A stretch of 64,000 bases of DNA from Octopus vulgaris (GCA_951406725.2 OX597821.1:76818001-76882000); one strand, 5' to 3'; shown: positions 1-22,404, counted from the stretch's first letter. The notes: generated by a model from the sequence alone, not told the origin. A program made the numbers and translations.

Positions 1-1599
1 TTCAGTCATTAGACTGCGGCCATGCTGGGGCTCCGCCTCGAAAACTTTAAGTAGAACGAATCGACCCGAGTACTTATTTTATGTTTTTCTTTTTAAACCT
101 GGTACATATTTATCGGTCTTTCATTGCCAACTGCTAAGTTACGGGGCTATAAACACACAAACACTGGTTGTCAAGCGGTGTTGGGGACAAACACACACAC
201 ACACACTCATACACACACATGATCAAAGGGTTTTCATTTTAAAGCATCGTGTATACCCGTCTACATTATTTTATCGTCCCTTTGAGGAAAGCTTGGTTGC
301 GATCTATACAGTTCGAGTGGCCATATTGAGCTTCCCTCTTTATTCGATTTCATAACATATTTATAGAAATGCTATCATTAATTGTCAAGAGGTGCTGTCA
401 CTTATCTGCGAGAAACGAGCTACAAAATCCCAAGTAGTAACCAATTCCTTACAAACTATTCCGATACCGCATCAAAGTCGATCACTCACGTTCTGGATAT
501 TTAGAATTTTTAGTCTATCGATTATATTATTTCTATCAAGCAGAGACCCGGCAGAATCGTTAGCACGTTGGCCAAGCTGTATTTCTTCCATTTGTTCCGG
601 CCCTTTACATACCGAGTTCAAATCCCGTCGACGTCGACTTTGCCTTTCATCCTTTCGAGGTTGGTAAAATATAGTATTAGTTAAGAAACCCCGCCCCTTA
701 AAATTGCAGACCTTGTGTCAAAATTTGAAAGAATTGCACGATTAATCCTGCATCTACCACATTTAGAGTTTATTTGGTATAGAAAGAAAACATTTAGATC
801 AGTGGTTCGCAATCTTTTTAATATCCGGGTCAGATCCCGAACTTGGATATTTGATGGTACATTATTTACATTTGATGTATATTTGTTCTCATCTTGTTTG
901 TTGTTAACACAACGTTTTGGCTGATATACTCTCCATCAGGTGTCTCGGGGAAATTTCGAACCTGGGTTCTCATTCCTAAGTTATTTTTCGATGTTGTTAT
1001 TATTATTATAATTATTCAAGAATCGAACTCGGAATCTTGGGGTTAGTAGCCTGCGCTCTTAATCACTACGCCATATGCCCATAGGCAATTATAGAGCGAA
1101 TTTTAGGGCTTATAAATTTGATGGTTTTAGATTTTAATGGAGAAGACAATTGTGTTGATCCAAGCCTTTGATAAACATTTTAAAATAATTAATAATTAAG
1201 AATATAGACTAAACTAAATAAAAATTCTTTGTTGATAAAATGAAAAAGATTTTCTGCCAAAATTAAAATTTTAAACCAGGAATTTGTTTTAGCAAAACCC
1301 TTTTAATGATTTAGAAGCAAATCCCAACATTTACTACCTCATCTTGAATGTAGTTACCCCCAACTTGTTAATTAGCTAGCGATGCTCATTGAGTTGGTCT
1401 ACACAACTAATCAACAAACTCTCGTCAGAAAAAGAGAAAACAACAAAAAATTAAAAAATTAAAAAAGGAAAGAAAATAAAAGATAGATTAAAGTGGTGGG
1501 GGAACTCGCCAGCTACATCACTGCATAGGAATTCTGACACTGCTTATCACAGCCTCTCTATCCTCTAAAATAACTCCCGTTTATTTATTTATTTATCTA

Positions 1600-1671
<72 letters not shown>

Positions 1672-2532
1672 ATTGAACCCACTTCAATATGAGATGTTGT
1701 TTGAGTCGTTTCCTATAGCCGGGATATCTCTGCATGTTGACATACAAAGTCCTACGTAAACAAAAGCGGTTTCTCCTATATTTTACTTGGAGCTAAACAG
1801 ACACACTGAAGGCTCTTTAGTTTATTATTATTTCATATAACTTTTGCTAAGCTATTATTATTAACGTTTAAAGAACCATAGGCGCTGGCGCGGCTACACG
1901 GTTTGTTTTCCAACTGCACGGTTCCGGGTTTTGTCTCACTGTGTGCCACTGTCGACAAATGTCTTCTAATACAGCCCCAGGTCGACTTATGCTACGTGAG
2001 TGATTTCCATTGATGGAAACTGAAAGAAGATCGTCGTGTGTGTGTGTGTGTCTATTAGAAGTCCCTTGTCTTGACATCACGTGATAATCGTAAAATGAGT
2101 TTCTGTCATATAAGCGGGTTTTTTTTTGGGGGGGGGGGTTTCCAGTCGTCCATGAAAACATACCAAAGCATGAGAGATATTACTTGAAAACAAATGAGGG
2201 ACATCGGACCGCATAAAATCTGCCATGACAAATTCTGTCCGTTTTTCCGTGCGAGCATGGAAAATAATGGACGGCAAAACGACGACGACGGCTAGACGAC
2301 GACGATGACGATGATGATGATGACGATGATGATGATGACGATGATGGTGATGATGATCATAACGATGATAATGATGATCATGATGACGACCTCGTCCCTC
2401 CTCTACATGATAATCACACACAAATAACGAAAACATTTTAGTGGAGTATAAACAACATACAAACATGTCATGTTGACAGAGATGGAAACGAAATGAAATA
2501 ATAATAATGTATGTGTGTGTGTGTGTGTGTGC

Positions 2533-2573
<41 letters not shown>

Positions 2574-2825
2574 CGTGTGTGCGTGCGTGCGTGCGTGTGT
2601 GCACGTGTGTGTGTGTGTGTGTGTATGTGTGTGTGTGTGTATAACTGCTGGTATCATATCGCTTTCAGGTCAAAGGTATTTCAAAAGTGATTTTGGACAG
2701 AAAACACATATATGTAGATAGAGTTTGATCCGATTCTGATTATCGAATATGTTTAATTCTAAGTCAGTCAACCAGCCACGGTTAAGGCTTTCCAGTGATG
2801 ACAACCCCAACTCTGAATATATATA

Positions 2826-3000
2826 CAGGGTGTCCCAGAAGTCGCGCACCATTCTGGTCTTCATTTAAAATAATTAAAACATGTTATATTGTAGAGGGTG
2901 CTCAATTTGTTACGATTAATTTCAATAAAGTGTTTTTGAAATAAATAAGGGTGTATTCTTTTAAAAAACCGGGGTGGTGCGCAACTTCTGGGACACCATG
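2826..3000. mobile_element. Tc1/mariner-type MITE (175 bp)
   Basis: 26-bp TIRs CAGGGTGTCCCAGAAGTCGCGCACCA / TGGTGCGCAACTTCTGGGACACCATG (2 mismatches) with TA on both sides. Confidence 0.85.
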
Positions 3001-3040
3001 TATATATATATATATATATATATATGCTTGTATCTATTTA

Positions 3041-3043
<3 letters not shown>

Positions 3044-3082
<39 letters not shown>

Positions 3083-3137
3083 ACACACATATATATATGT
3101 ATATATATATACATATATATATATATATGTTTATATG

Positions 3138-3188
<51 letters not shown>

Positions 3189-3348
3189 TCATCATCATCA
3201 TCATCATCGTTTAACGTCCGTTCTCCATGCTAGCATGGGTTGGACGGTTCGACCGGGGATCTGGGAAGCCAGAAGGCTGCACCAGGCTCCAGTCTTATCT
3301 GGCAATGTTTCTACAGCTGGATGCCCTTCCTAACGCCAACCACTCATG

Positions 3349-3388
<40 letters not shown>

Positions 3389-3548
3389 CATGAGTGGTTG
3401 GCGTTAGGAAGGGCATCCAGCTGTAGAAACATTGCCAGATAAGACTGGAGCCTGGTGCAGCCTTCTGGCTTCCCAGATCCCCGGTCGAACCGTCCAACCC
3501 ATGCTAGCATGGAGAACGGACGTTAAACGATGATGATGATGATGATGA

Positions 3549-3611
<63 letters not shown>

Positions 3612-3620
3612 CATATAAAC

Positions 3621-3657
<37 letters not shown>

Positions 3658-3674
3658 CATATATATATATGTGT

Positions 3675-3716
<42 letters not shown>
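3044..3716. repeat. Long near-perfect palindrome centred on (TA)n at ~3368; each arm holds a SINE 3' fragment with a (GAT)n tail
   Basis: ORFs 3227..3442(+) and 3295..3510(-) are identical, and the microsatellite interruptions are mirrored too. Confidence 0.95.
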
Positions 3717-3717
<1 letters not shown>

Positions 3718-4386
3718 GTTTATATAGTCATACTTATATATGTATATGTGCGTGTGTACACATATTCGCATGCATAGATAGGCTAAATAAATAACTATCC
3801 AACCGCCTCTTTCATAATATATAAAATCTGTACACGACATCTAACAATTTCTATAGAGAGAGAAAGGGGGAGAAGGGAAGGGAGAAAGAGAGAGAGAGAG
3901 AAAGAGACAGAGAAAGAAAAAGAAATAAAGAAAGAGAAAGAAGGAAAATGAAAGAAGGAAAAGGAGAGAGAGTGAGCGTGTGTGTGTCTCCAATATATTC
4001 TTAATTAAAATCGTTATTATACGGTTCTTGATTAGGTCTGGATCACTCCTGCTCAAATATATATATATATATAATGAAAGATATTCCAACTATGGCCATC
4101 TTGCCTTTTTACTGTTTGTGTATCTGAAATTGTACTATTTAATGTATGCAGTCGGCTGCATAATTTGAAGGGTATTTGGGTGTTGTTTCTAGTACGTTGA
4201 TTAACCAGATAGAAGCCTCAAATGGTCGAAATATTAGTTATGTAAGAATTTCGTTCAAATTATAGCCGCTGTTAATGAATTTATAACTACAAAGCCTTCA
4301 TTATAATTATCAAATATTAATTTTTTCTTCAGCTTATTTCAGTCAATGGACTGTTATCATTGAGGCACTACCTTGAAAGGTTTGTC

Positions 4387-5510
<1,124 letters not shown>

Positions 5511-6053
5511 GTTTAATCGAACAAATTGACCTCAGTGTTAATTTTAAGTTTGGTACTTATTTTATCAATTATTTTGCTGAACCGCTAAGTTAGGGGAGTG
5601 TAAAGAAATCAACAATGGCTGTGAAGCGGTGGTGGGAGTAAACACAAAGACACACACACACACACATACATACATACACACACATACACGTATACATGTG
5701 TATACACACACTCACATACATGCATGCATACATACATACGGTGGGCTTCCTAACAATTTCCGTCTACCAAATTAACCCACAAAGCATCGGTTTACCCGGG
5801 GCCATAATAGAAGGCGCTTGCCCAGGCTCAACTTCTGTTGGTCCTGAACAAGCCGAACTATGATCATTGGTGACTTTCCAGTCATGACCATCTCATCTTA
5901 ATTTCAAATATGATATAACCGAGACTACTTAAGGGAATTACGTCACACTGCCACAACAGCGGCGCTGCTTGTATTCATAACACATCACATGTTAAAGTAG
6001 CGAAACTGTGGTACACAATTTACCAAAACTAAATGCAGCAAATCACAGATGTT

Positions 6054-6105
<52 letters not shown>

Positions 6106-6808
6106 CAGCAGTAGTAATAGTAGTAGTGGTATTAGTAGTAGTAGTTGTTGATGTCACGGTTTAGCCCCAAGTAAGCGACCCTGGTCGATCAGACCTATAA
6201 GAAAAAGCGCTCCAGCTTTGACCACCCGTTCTGTTTCTGTGTACTTCTGTCTGTGACTGTATTGTGTAATATGTCTGTCTCTTTCATATATCAGTAGGAC
6301 AGGGCCTCCGATAGGAATATTGCAAAGAGGAACAACACTTCTTTCAGCTGGTGTTAAGATTAATATTAGGGTCGGGATGGAAGTTGGGGCTTCTTTTCAA
6401 AATTCAAAGGACTTATTTTTAAAAAACTTTTTCCTTGAGGAAGGGGCCCACCAAATATTCAAGAACCTCTCTCCGGACATCGATTCAATGTACCAGCTGA
6501 ACCCGACCCTTCATAAGCCCTACAGTAGGGTTTATTTGAAAAAGGTTCCACTGCGACCACGTAGGGACTGCCTTTGACTATTAGCTCAAACAAAATATGG
6601 CGCTTCTTCATCCGTATCTAGTATTTCACTCCGTTATTATCCCTCGTTTTAAAATTAAACAAAAGAAACAGTTAACCCAAATGGATTTTTGCATGACTAC
6701 GCGAACAATATTTTGATTTCTTCCAAGTTTTATTTACTGGTATCATTGTCAAAGAATCTATTCTTATTGATAGATATTTTTTCGCGACAATTGTGTGTGT
6801 GTGTGTGT

Positions 6809-6862
<54 letters not shown>

Positions 6863-7035
6863 AACAGACAGACAGATTGAGAAAGAGAGAGAGAGAGAGA
6901 GGGCGTAGGGTTTTTAAACCCAATATTTATAGCTTTATTCACTTCGAGTTCCACCGTCAAAAATGAATTATTTTACACTTTTCCAAGTCCCTAAATTCAT
7001 ATGACTTTAACACCCATCTACACCCACACACGCAT

Positions 7036-7067
<32 letters not shown>

Positions 7068-7202
7068 ACATATATGTGTGTAAAGATGTATATATGTATA
7101 TATGTGTGGATACATACATACACACACACACACAGACATATATATATATATACATATACACATACACATATGTATGCAGATATATATATACACATGTATA
7201 TA

Positions 7203-7255
<53 letters not shown>

Positions 7256-7633
7256 AACCCATGCTAGCATGGAAAGCGGACGTTAAACGATGATGATGAT
7301 GATATATATATATATATATATATAAAATCTGTGTCATTGTGTTTGTTTGTGACACCGTGCTTGTTAGCCTATGTTGGTTTTTTTTTTTTGTAAAAAAAAA
7401 ACACAAAAAACGAAAGAATTAGTACCAGACTTAAACTATAAGTACTAAGGTCGATTTGTTCGACAAACAATTTTTGAAGGCGGTGCGCCAGCGTGGCCGC
7501 AGTCCAATGACTAAAACAAGTAAACAATAAATGTTTGCCAAAGTCTCATATTCCTGTGATTTTGTCTTGATTTAATCCGGATCCATGGATTACATAATTT
7601 GAAGGGAAAGCCATAATCCGATTACCGTGTATC

Positions 7634-8123
7634 TTTTACTTGTTTCAGTCATTGGACTGTGGCCATTCTGGGGCACCGACTTGAATGGATCTTAGAGGAA
7701 CAAATTGACCTAAGTATTTTTGTTTAAGTGTGGTATTCATTTTATTGGTCTCTGTTGCGAGACTGCTAAGTTACGGGAACATAAACAAAGCAACATCGGT
7801 TGTCAAGCGGGGGAGGGGGGACAGACACAAACACAAGGACACACATATACACCACACATACATACACACACACACATACATACATACATACATACATACA
7901 TACACACATACATACATACATACATACACACACACATACATACATGCATACATACATACATACATACATACATACATACATACATACATACATACATACA
8001 TACATACATACAAAAATAGTCTGTTGTTGATGCTGAAATTCCAATTAAGGAACCTTGGGTCAAGGTTAGAAACCGGGTCTTTCTCTATTAGCAAGAAATC
8101 TTGAAATAAAACTGAACAATGAT

Positions 8124-8160
<37 letters not shown>

Positions 8161-8397
8161 CATGCATACATACATACATACACACACACACACATACATA
8201 CATACATACATACATACATACATACATACATACATACATACATACATACATACATACATAACAAGCTGCTTTCAGTTTCCGTCTATTAAATCTACTCACA
8301 AAGCTTTGGCTATAATAGAAGACACTTGCCCAAGGTGCCACATAGTGGAATTGAACACGAAACTATGTGATTGAGAAACAGACTTCTTACCACACAA
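7634..8397 (-). mobile_element. SINE family A, expanded internal (TACA)n
   Basis: Reverse complement of the family A consensus. Confidence 0.75.
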
Positions 8398-8494
8398 TCC
8401 TAAAAAAAAAATTGTAATTCTGTTGCGTGTTCCTTATACATTTAAATGCCTTCAACTTGGAAACGGATGTCTCCTGTATAACAATTGTACTTAC

Positions 8495-8981
8495 CTTTAT
8501 TGAAGGGGCTTATTTTGTTTCTGTCTGAGGGTGACATTGAAGAACCATGGGAAGATGTGCTCGAATAGCCCGGATAATGGCTGAGTGCCCTTACAAAATG
8601 TTCGTCCACGAGTCGATTAGAATCCCCAGAGAAATAATTGTGTACCATGCTGTTTGATGCCAGGTAAACCGTTTCTTTTGGTACGGTTCCCTTATCCGAA
8701 TTGTTTTCTTCTTTTATGGCATTTCCTTCAAGACTGCTGCTACTACCGCTGCTGTGGCAACTTCTGTCAATGGAATTATTTACATGGGGCGGTGTGGATG
8801 TAGCAGACTCTGGAATCAGATGTTGGTTTGGATGGGTTTGTGGTTGCACTTGTTGTTCCGATTGATGAAGATGCAAAGTGTGAGGCGGCGATGATGTGAC
8901 TGGTACGCTAAGGATTGAATTGCCGGGCGCAGAATAGCAACCAAGATTCATGGGTTCGTGTAGTTTAGTGAGACCAAAAGC
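8495..8981 (-). CDS. vg: Vestigial-like exon 2 containing the Vg/Tondu (TEAD-binding) domain
   Basis: Lies within ORF 8442..9470. Acceptor ...gttacaaacAG|GCT at 8981 and donor AAAG|GTAAGT at 8495/8494 (phase 1). Encodes AFGLTKLHEP...ETVYLASNSMVHNYFSGDSNRLVDEHFVRALS, matching the Tondu motif YFxGD...VDEHFxRAL. Confidence 0.92.
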
Positions 8982-10420
8982 CTGTTTGTAACAAAGAATA
9001 GAAATAACATTAGCGAAATAACAACGAGAGAAAACATGACGGTTGGGGGTGGGGGGTCGTACAAAATGCAGATACATCTCGACGGAACAAACAATAATAA
9101 TAATAATAATAAAGTATCGACAAGAATGTTTAGAAAATAAACAACCGAACGAGATAAGGGAATGTAAAAGAGGATATTGGTAAGGAATATAAAAGCCAGA
9201 TGAATGGTGATAGCACATAAATAAACAACTAACATAAACACGGCACACGCGAAGCAAAAGCAGTGTGTATGTATGTGTATGTCTAAGCATGGGTGTGTAT
9301 GTGTGTGTGTGTGTGTGTGTATGTATGTGTGAGCCTGTGTGCGTGGATGTGCGTATGCGGGTGTGTACGTGTGTATCACCAATGTTTTTTGTAAGTGGAG
9401 CGTATGTAGTAGTAGTAGTAGTAGAAGTAGTAGTAGCTGTAGTAGTAGTAATAATAATAATAATAATCATAATAATAATAATAATAATAATAATGATGAT
9501 GATGATGATGATGATGATGGTAATAAACGATGAAATTCCACAAACAAAAAAGCTGGAAAATAAACGAACGGAAAAAGTAGTAAATAGTTAGAATTAAGGT
9601 TAACTAGCGGTGAAATTCCAGAGATCTTTGGGTAAAAATTAACTCACAGTTCTATTAGTTTTTCCTTGAATTCATAGTTGTCGACAACATCTAAAAGGAA
9701 CGGAAGTGTGTGAGTAGGTTATTTGTTACGTGTGTAAAATGAGAATTGTTGAGAAAGAATGCATAAAAAGTGCTATAGAGTATAAAGACAATATGTTTCA
9801 AGACGTCTCTGTGTATGTGAAATCAAACTGTCGGAGGACGGTGGGTGGTTGAGATTCCAAAGTGCAATGTTGGAATTACAAAGACGCCGAATTCCATCTG
9901 GTTGCCCTACCCTTAGCTTTGGGATTCGCAGAATGCCGGCTCGAATATTTGTAAGCATTGGAGTTTTTTCTTGTGTAGAAATATATATATCCTTGCTTTA
10001 AGACACACTGGCACAGTAGGTGCCCACTCGTGCAAAGATATGCAAGCTCTCTTTGGCAGTCGTTGTCGAGTTGTCGACTCTGTCGCTACTACAACGACCG
10101 AGCGACACTGTAAGTTCTCAGACCTTTCAATTTGAGACTGTCGCCAAAAGAACAAAAACAGAAAAGGGAAAAGAATACAGAAGAAGAAAAACAGAACAGG
10201 AAAATCAAATAATTTTGAAATGAAAGAACTTTTGAATGTTGTAAAGTAACCAGGCACAGAAAGAGGGAAAAGTTACTAAAAGAAGTTGGATGTATCCGTC
10301 TGTGATTCTAAGAATATGTGACATCATTTGTACAAACACATATCAATGCACAAGAATATCAGTGATTTGACAAATAGAACAAAAAACCAAAAAAAGCTTC
10401 AAAATGCCCGATGCATTTAC

Positions 10421-10498
10421 CTGTTCGATTGGAGTTCGTGGGTAATAGGCCAAATTGCTAGGGTACGGCTGGTGGTACATAACGTCAACGGCACTCAT
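10421..10498 (-). CDS. vg: Vestigial-like (VGLL/vg) TEAD co-activator, coding exon 1 (MSAVDVMYHQPYPSNLAYYPRTPIEQ)
   Basis: Hand-translated, too short for the ORF track. ATG at 10498 in an aaaATG context, 26 codons, ending at a CAG|GTAAAT donor in phase 0. The peptide resembles the VGLL2/3 N-terminus (MSCxxVMYx-PY) and splices in frame to the exon at 8981. Confidence 0.85.
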
Positions 10499-11239
10499 TT
10501 TAAACTCCTCTTGTGACCCTAGAATATGTTATATGCTTCACACCCACAAAATCCACGATTGATATAATTCCAACGGCGGAAAGTATTAAATGAAAAAAAA
10601 AAATAGAACAACTTCGTTTTGCTTTAATTTTCGTTGTTTTCTACTTTTAACAGAAGTTAGAGATATTGAGGCTCTTTTTGCCCTCAAGGTGACACTGATG
10701 TATCGAACTCAACAAATTGTTTATTGGATTTATTTATGAATATATGTGTGTGTGTGTGCGTGTGTGTATATCAATGTATGTGAGTGTGTGTTTGTGTGTT
10801 TTATATCTCAAGGATATTAGCTGCTTCTCTCTTCAGCCTTTAGTCGAGTAAGAATCCGCTTGGTGCACGAACATCAACTAAACTGGCTCGTTTCGCTAGA
10901 GACACGAGAAGAAGCGAGAGTGAGAACCAATCTGTGTGAGGATGAGGAACACAAACAACAAAACAGGCCTAGACAGAAATGTGTACGTGTGTGCGACATA
11001 CGTAAACACGCACAGAACACACACACACACACACACACACACGCGCGCGCTTCCTCTCCCTCTCTCTCGAGAATAAATAATGAAAAAAACAAGCAAAAAC
11101 CGAAAGAACTGTTCTGTTGTGTGCCTTCCCAAGCGTCTAGCAGCAGCTTAGTCGGCTCATAACTGCTGCTACTACTAACGAACTAACACACTAGTGACTT
11201 AAGTCGTTCTGTGCGTCGTCGCTCCATGTCACCGAAAGG

Positions 11240-11300
11240 TCGCAGGGAATCAATCGTGATCAACAAAGAAGAACGATTTATAAGGGGGATTAAGTTCAAT
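11240..11300 (-). promoter_or_regulatory. Putative core promoter (TATAAAT) of the vestigial-like gene
   Basis: Minus-strand ccccTTATAAATcg at 11282-11276, about 780 bp upstream of the ATG, at the edge of unique sequence before the repeat array. No transcript evidence. Confidence 0.4.
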
Positions 11301-11340
11301 GGAGCAAGGACAATTAATTAACAACAGAAACACTGCAAAT

Positions 11341-13360
<2,020 letters not shown>

Positions 13361-14530
13361 CCTTTCTACTGGAGGCACAAAGTCCTCGGTGGAATTTGAA
13401 CTCTGAACGTCAAGACGGACGAAATGTCGCTAAGCATTTCGCCTGGCGTCCTAACGTTTCTGCCAGCTCACCGCCTTTTGATGTATTCACTATTATTTTC
13501 TACTCTAGGCACAATGTCCGAAATTTTGGGGGAGGGGGCCAGTCGATTAGATCGACCCCAGTACGCAACTGGTACTTAATTTGTCGACCCCGGTACTTAA
13601 TTTGCTTGCCTTGCTAACGATTCTGCCAGGCCGCCGCCGCCTATGATAAGGTTTTCTTATGATAAATCGGAATGGAACGACGATTTTGTTTTGAAAAAAA
13701 AGGAGAAAAATATTTTTTTAAGTGTGTCTTTATGGAATATATTTAAAAACGATTCTCTCGAAAAGTTGATATTGAAATATAAATTGAAGTAATGTAACGA
13801 TATCTTGTTCTTGGTATTGTTGTTGTTACTGTTGCTGTTGTCGTCGTTGGGTCGCTGGAATAGGGCAGTCTTAATCTTAGCAAATGTTTCATTGGTCCAA
13901 TTAGCATCTGGCCTTTTTTATGAACACCATACGATCGTGTCACATAAAATTTTCTCTTCTTTTTTTTTTTTTTTTTAGATCTTTCCTGAACTCGCCACTA
14001 CTATCGTCATTCTACGATTCGTTCTTTCGGAAAACAAAAACAAAAAAAAACATAAATAAATAAGCGTATTTACAGAGCAAAAGATGGGAGTGTCTGATTC
14101 CCCTTCCGCCACGGAAGGTAGAGTTTACATTCAGATTTGCCTTATAATGGGAGGTAGTGAATTAAAGCTAAAGAGGCGTATCTCAACACGCACTGCCATC
14201 ACGTAGCCGCTATGGAGAGGCGTAGCTTAGCGAAGATGAAGCTAACATTATAATACAGAGTGAGCAATTTTCACTGGACCAAACAAATTTGGGAAAACTC
14301 GCTCACAATGCAAATGTCACACATACGACATTATGGCGGAGAGACAATAAGAGCGATATGTCTTCAATTGTCCTTGTCGTTCAAGAATCATTTAAAATTG
14401 TCATTAGCTGCAAATGTTCAGATTTGAAATGAATTTTGATTTTGATGGAACTTTGGCGAGTTTGTTATTTGTCATGAACAAATAACAAAGAACTGTTTCA
14501 AATGCAGCGTAAAAATCAACGATAGACCTA

Positions 14531-17149
<2,619 letters not shown>

Positions 17150-17249
17150 NNNNNNNNNNNNNNNNNNNNNNNNNNNNNNNNNNNNNNNNNNNNNNNNNNN
17201 NNNNNNNNNNNNNNNNNNNNNNNNNNNNNNNNNNNNNNNNNNNNNNNNN
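17150..17249. other. Assembly gap (100 N)
   Basis: Run of exactly 100 N. Confidence 1.
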
Positions 17250-18000
17250 TATTAAATGAAAAAAAATAGAACAACTTCGTTTTGCTTTAATTTTCGTTGT
17301 TTTCTACTTTTAACAGAAGTTAGAGATATTGAGGCTCTTTTGCCCTCAAGGTGACACTGATGTATCGAACTCAACAAATTGTTTATTGGATTTATTTATG
17401 AATATATGTGTGTGTGTGTGCGTGTGTGTATATCAATGTATGTGAGTGTGTGTTTGTGTGTTTTATATCTCAAGGATATTAGCTGCTTCTCTCTTCAGCC
17501 TTTAGTCGAGTAAGAATCCGCTTGGTGCACGAACATCAACTAAACTGGCTCGTTTCGCTAGAGACACGAGAAGAAGCGAGAGTGAGAACCAATCTGTGTG
17601 AGGATGAGGAACACAAACAACAAAACAGGCCTAGACAGAAATGTGTACGTGTGTGCGACATACGTAAACACGCACAGAACACACACACACACACACACAC
17701 ACACGCGCGTGCTTCCTCTCCCTCTCTCTCGAGAATAAATAATGAAAAAAACAAGCAAAAACCGAAAGAACTGTTCTGTTGTGTGCCTTCCCAAGCGTCT
17801 AGCAGCAGCTTAGTCGGCTCATAACTGCTGCTACTACTAACGAACTAACACACTAGTGACTTAAGTCGTTCTGTGCGTCGTCGCTCCATGTCACCGAAAG
17901 GTCGCAGGGAATCAATCGTGATCAACAAAGAAGAACGATTTATAAGGGGGATTAAGTTCAATGGAGCAAGGACAATTAATTAACAACAGAAACACTGCAA

Positions 18001-20147
<2,147 letters not shown>

Positions 20148-21328
20148 CTTTCTACTGGAGGCACAAAGTCCTCGGTGGAATTTGAACTCGGAACGTCAAG
20201 ACGGACGAAATGTCGCTAAGCATTTCGCCTGGCGTCCTAACGTTTCTGCCAGCTCACCGCCTTTTGATGTATTCACTATTATTTTCTACTCTAGGCACAA
20301 TGTCCGAAATTTTGGGGGAGGGGGCCAGTCGATTAGATCGACCCCAGTACGCAACTGGTACTTAATTTGTCGACCCCGGTACTTAATTTGCTTGCCTTGC
20401 TAACGATTCTGCCAGGCCGCCGCCGCCTATGATAAGGTTTTCTTATGATAAATCGGAATGGAACGACGATTTTGTTTTGAAAAAAAAGGAGAAAAATATT
20501 TTTTTAAGTGTGTCTTTATGGAATATATTTAAAACGATTCTCTCGAAAAGTTGATATTGAAATATAAATTGAAGTAATGTAACGATATCTTGTTCTTGGT
20601 ATTGTTGTTGTTACTGTTGCTGTTGTCGTCGTTGGGTCGCTGGAATAGGGCAGTCTTAATCTTAGCAAATGTTTCATTGGTCCAATTAGCATCTGGCCTT
20701 TTTATGAACACCATACGATCGTGTCACATAAAATTTTCTCTTCTTTTTTTTTTTTTTTTAGATCTTTCCTGAACTCGCCACTACTATCGTCATTCTACGA
20801 TTCGTTCTTTCGGAAAACAAAAACAAAAAAAAAACATAAATAAATAAGCGTATTTACAGAGCAAAAGATGGGAGTGTCTGATTCCCCTTCCGCCACGGAA
20901 GGTAGAGTTTACATTCAGATTTGCCTTATAATGGGAGGTAGTGAATTAAAGCTAAAGAGGCGTATCTCAACACGCACTGCCATCACGTAGCCGCTATGGA
21001 GAGGCGTAGCTTAGCGAAGATGAAGCTAACATTATAATACAGAGTGAGCAATTTTCACTGGACCAAACAAATTTGGGAAAACTCGCTCACAATGCAAATG
21101 TCACACATACGACATTATGGCGGAGAGACAATAAGAGCGATATGTCTTCAATTGTCCTTGTCGTTCAAGAATCATTTAAAATTGTCATTAGCTGCAAATG
21201 TTCAGATTTGAAATGAATTTTGATTTTGATGGAACTTTGGCGAGTTTGTTATTTGTCATGAACAAATAACAAAGAACTGTTTCAAATGCAGCGTAAAAAT
21301 CAACGATAGACCTATGTATATATGTATG

Positions 21329-21564
<236 letters not shown>

Positions 21565-21629
21565 TATATAAATATATATAAATATATATAATATATATAT
21601 ATAAAAATATATATATAATATATATATAA

Positions 21630-21736
<107 letters not shown>

Positions 21737-21786
21737 TATATATATAAATATATATAAATATATATATAATAAATATATATATATAA

Positions 21787-21863
<77 letters not shown>

Positions 21864-21879
21864 ATAAATATATATATAT

Positions 21880-22292
<413 letters not shown>

Positions 22293-22322
22293 ATATATAT
22301 AAATATATATAAATATATATAA

Positions 22323-22385
<63 letters not shown>

Positions 22386-22404
22386 TATAAAAAAATAAAT
22401 ATAT

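Noticed and set aside
2160-2280. Possible downstream vg exon (MADFMRSDVPHLFSSNISHAL|gtatgt)
   Set aside because: There is a donor-like site but no clear acceptor and no similarity to the expected RNFPPSFW-type VGLL continuation.
3523-3840. ORF starting MSCTDFIYY as a vg first exon
   Set aside because: It lies downstream of the Tondu exon and runs into microsatellite. The better exon 1 is at 10421-10498.
8442-9470. 342-aa single-exon protein
   Set aside because: The N-terminal half is intron and microsatellite read-through. Only 8495-8981 is bounded by splice sites.
17250-18000. Second vestigial gene copy
   Set aside because: The duplicate starts 86 bp upstream of the ATG and contains no coding exon. 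It is likely a haplotig overlap.
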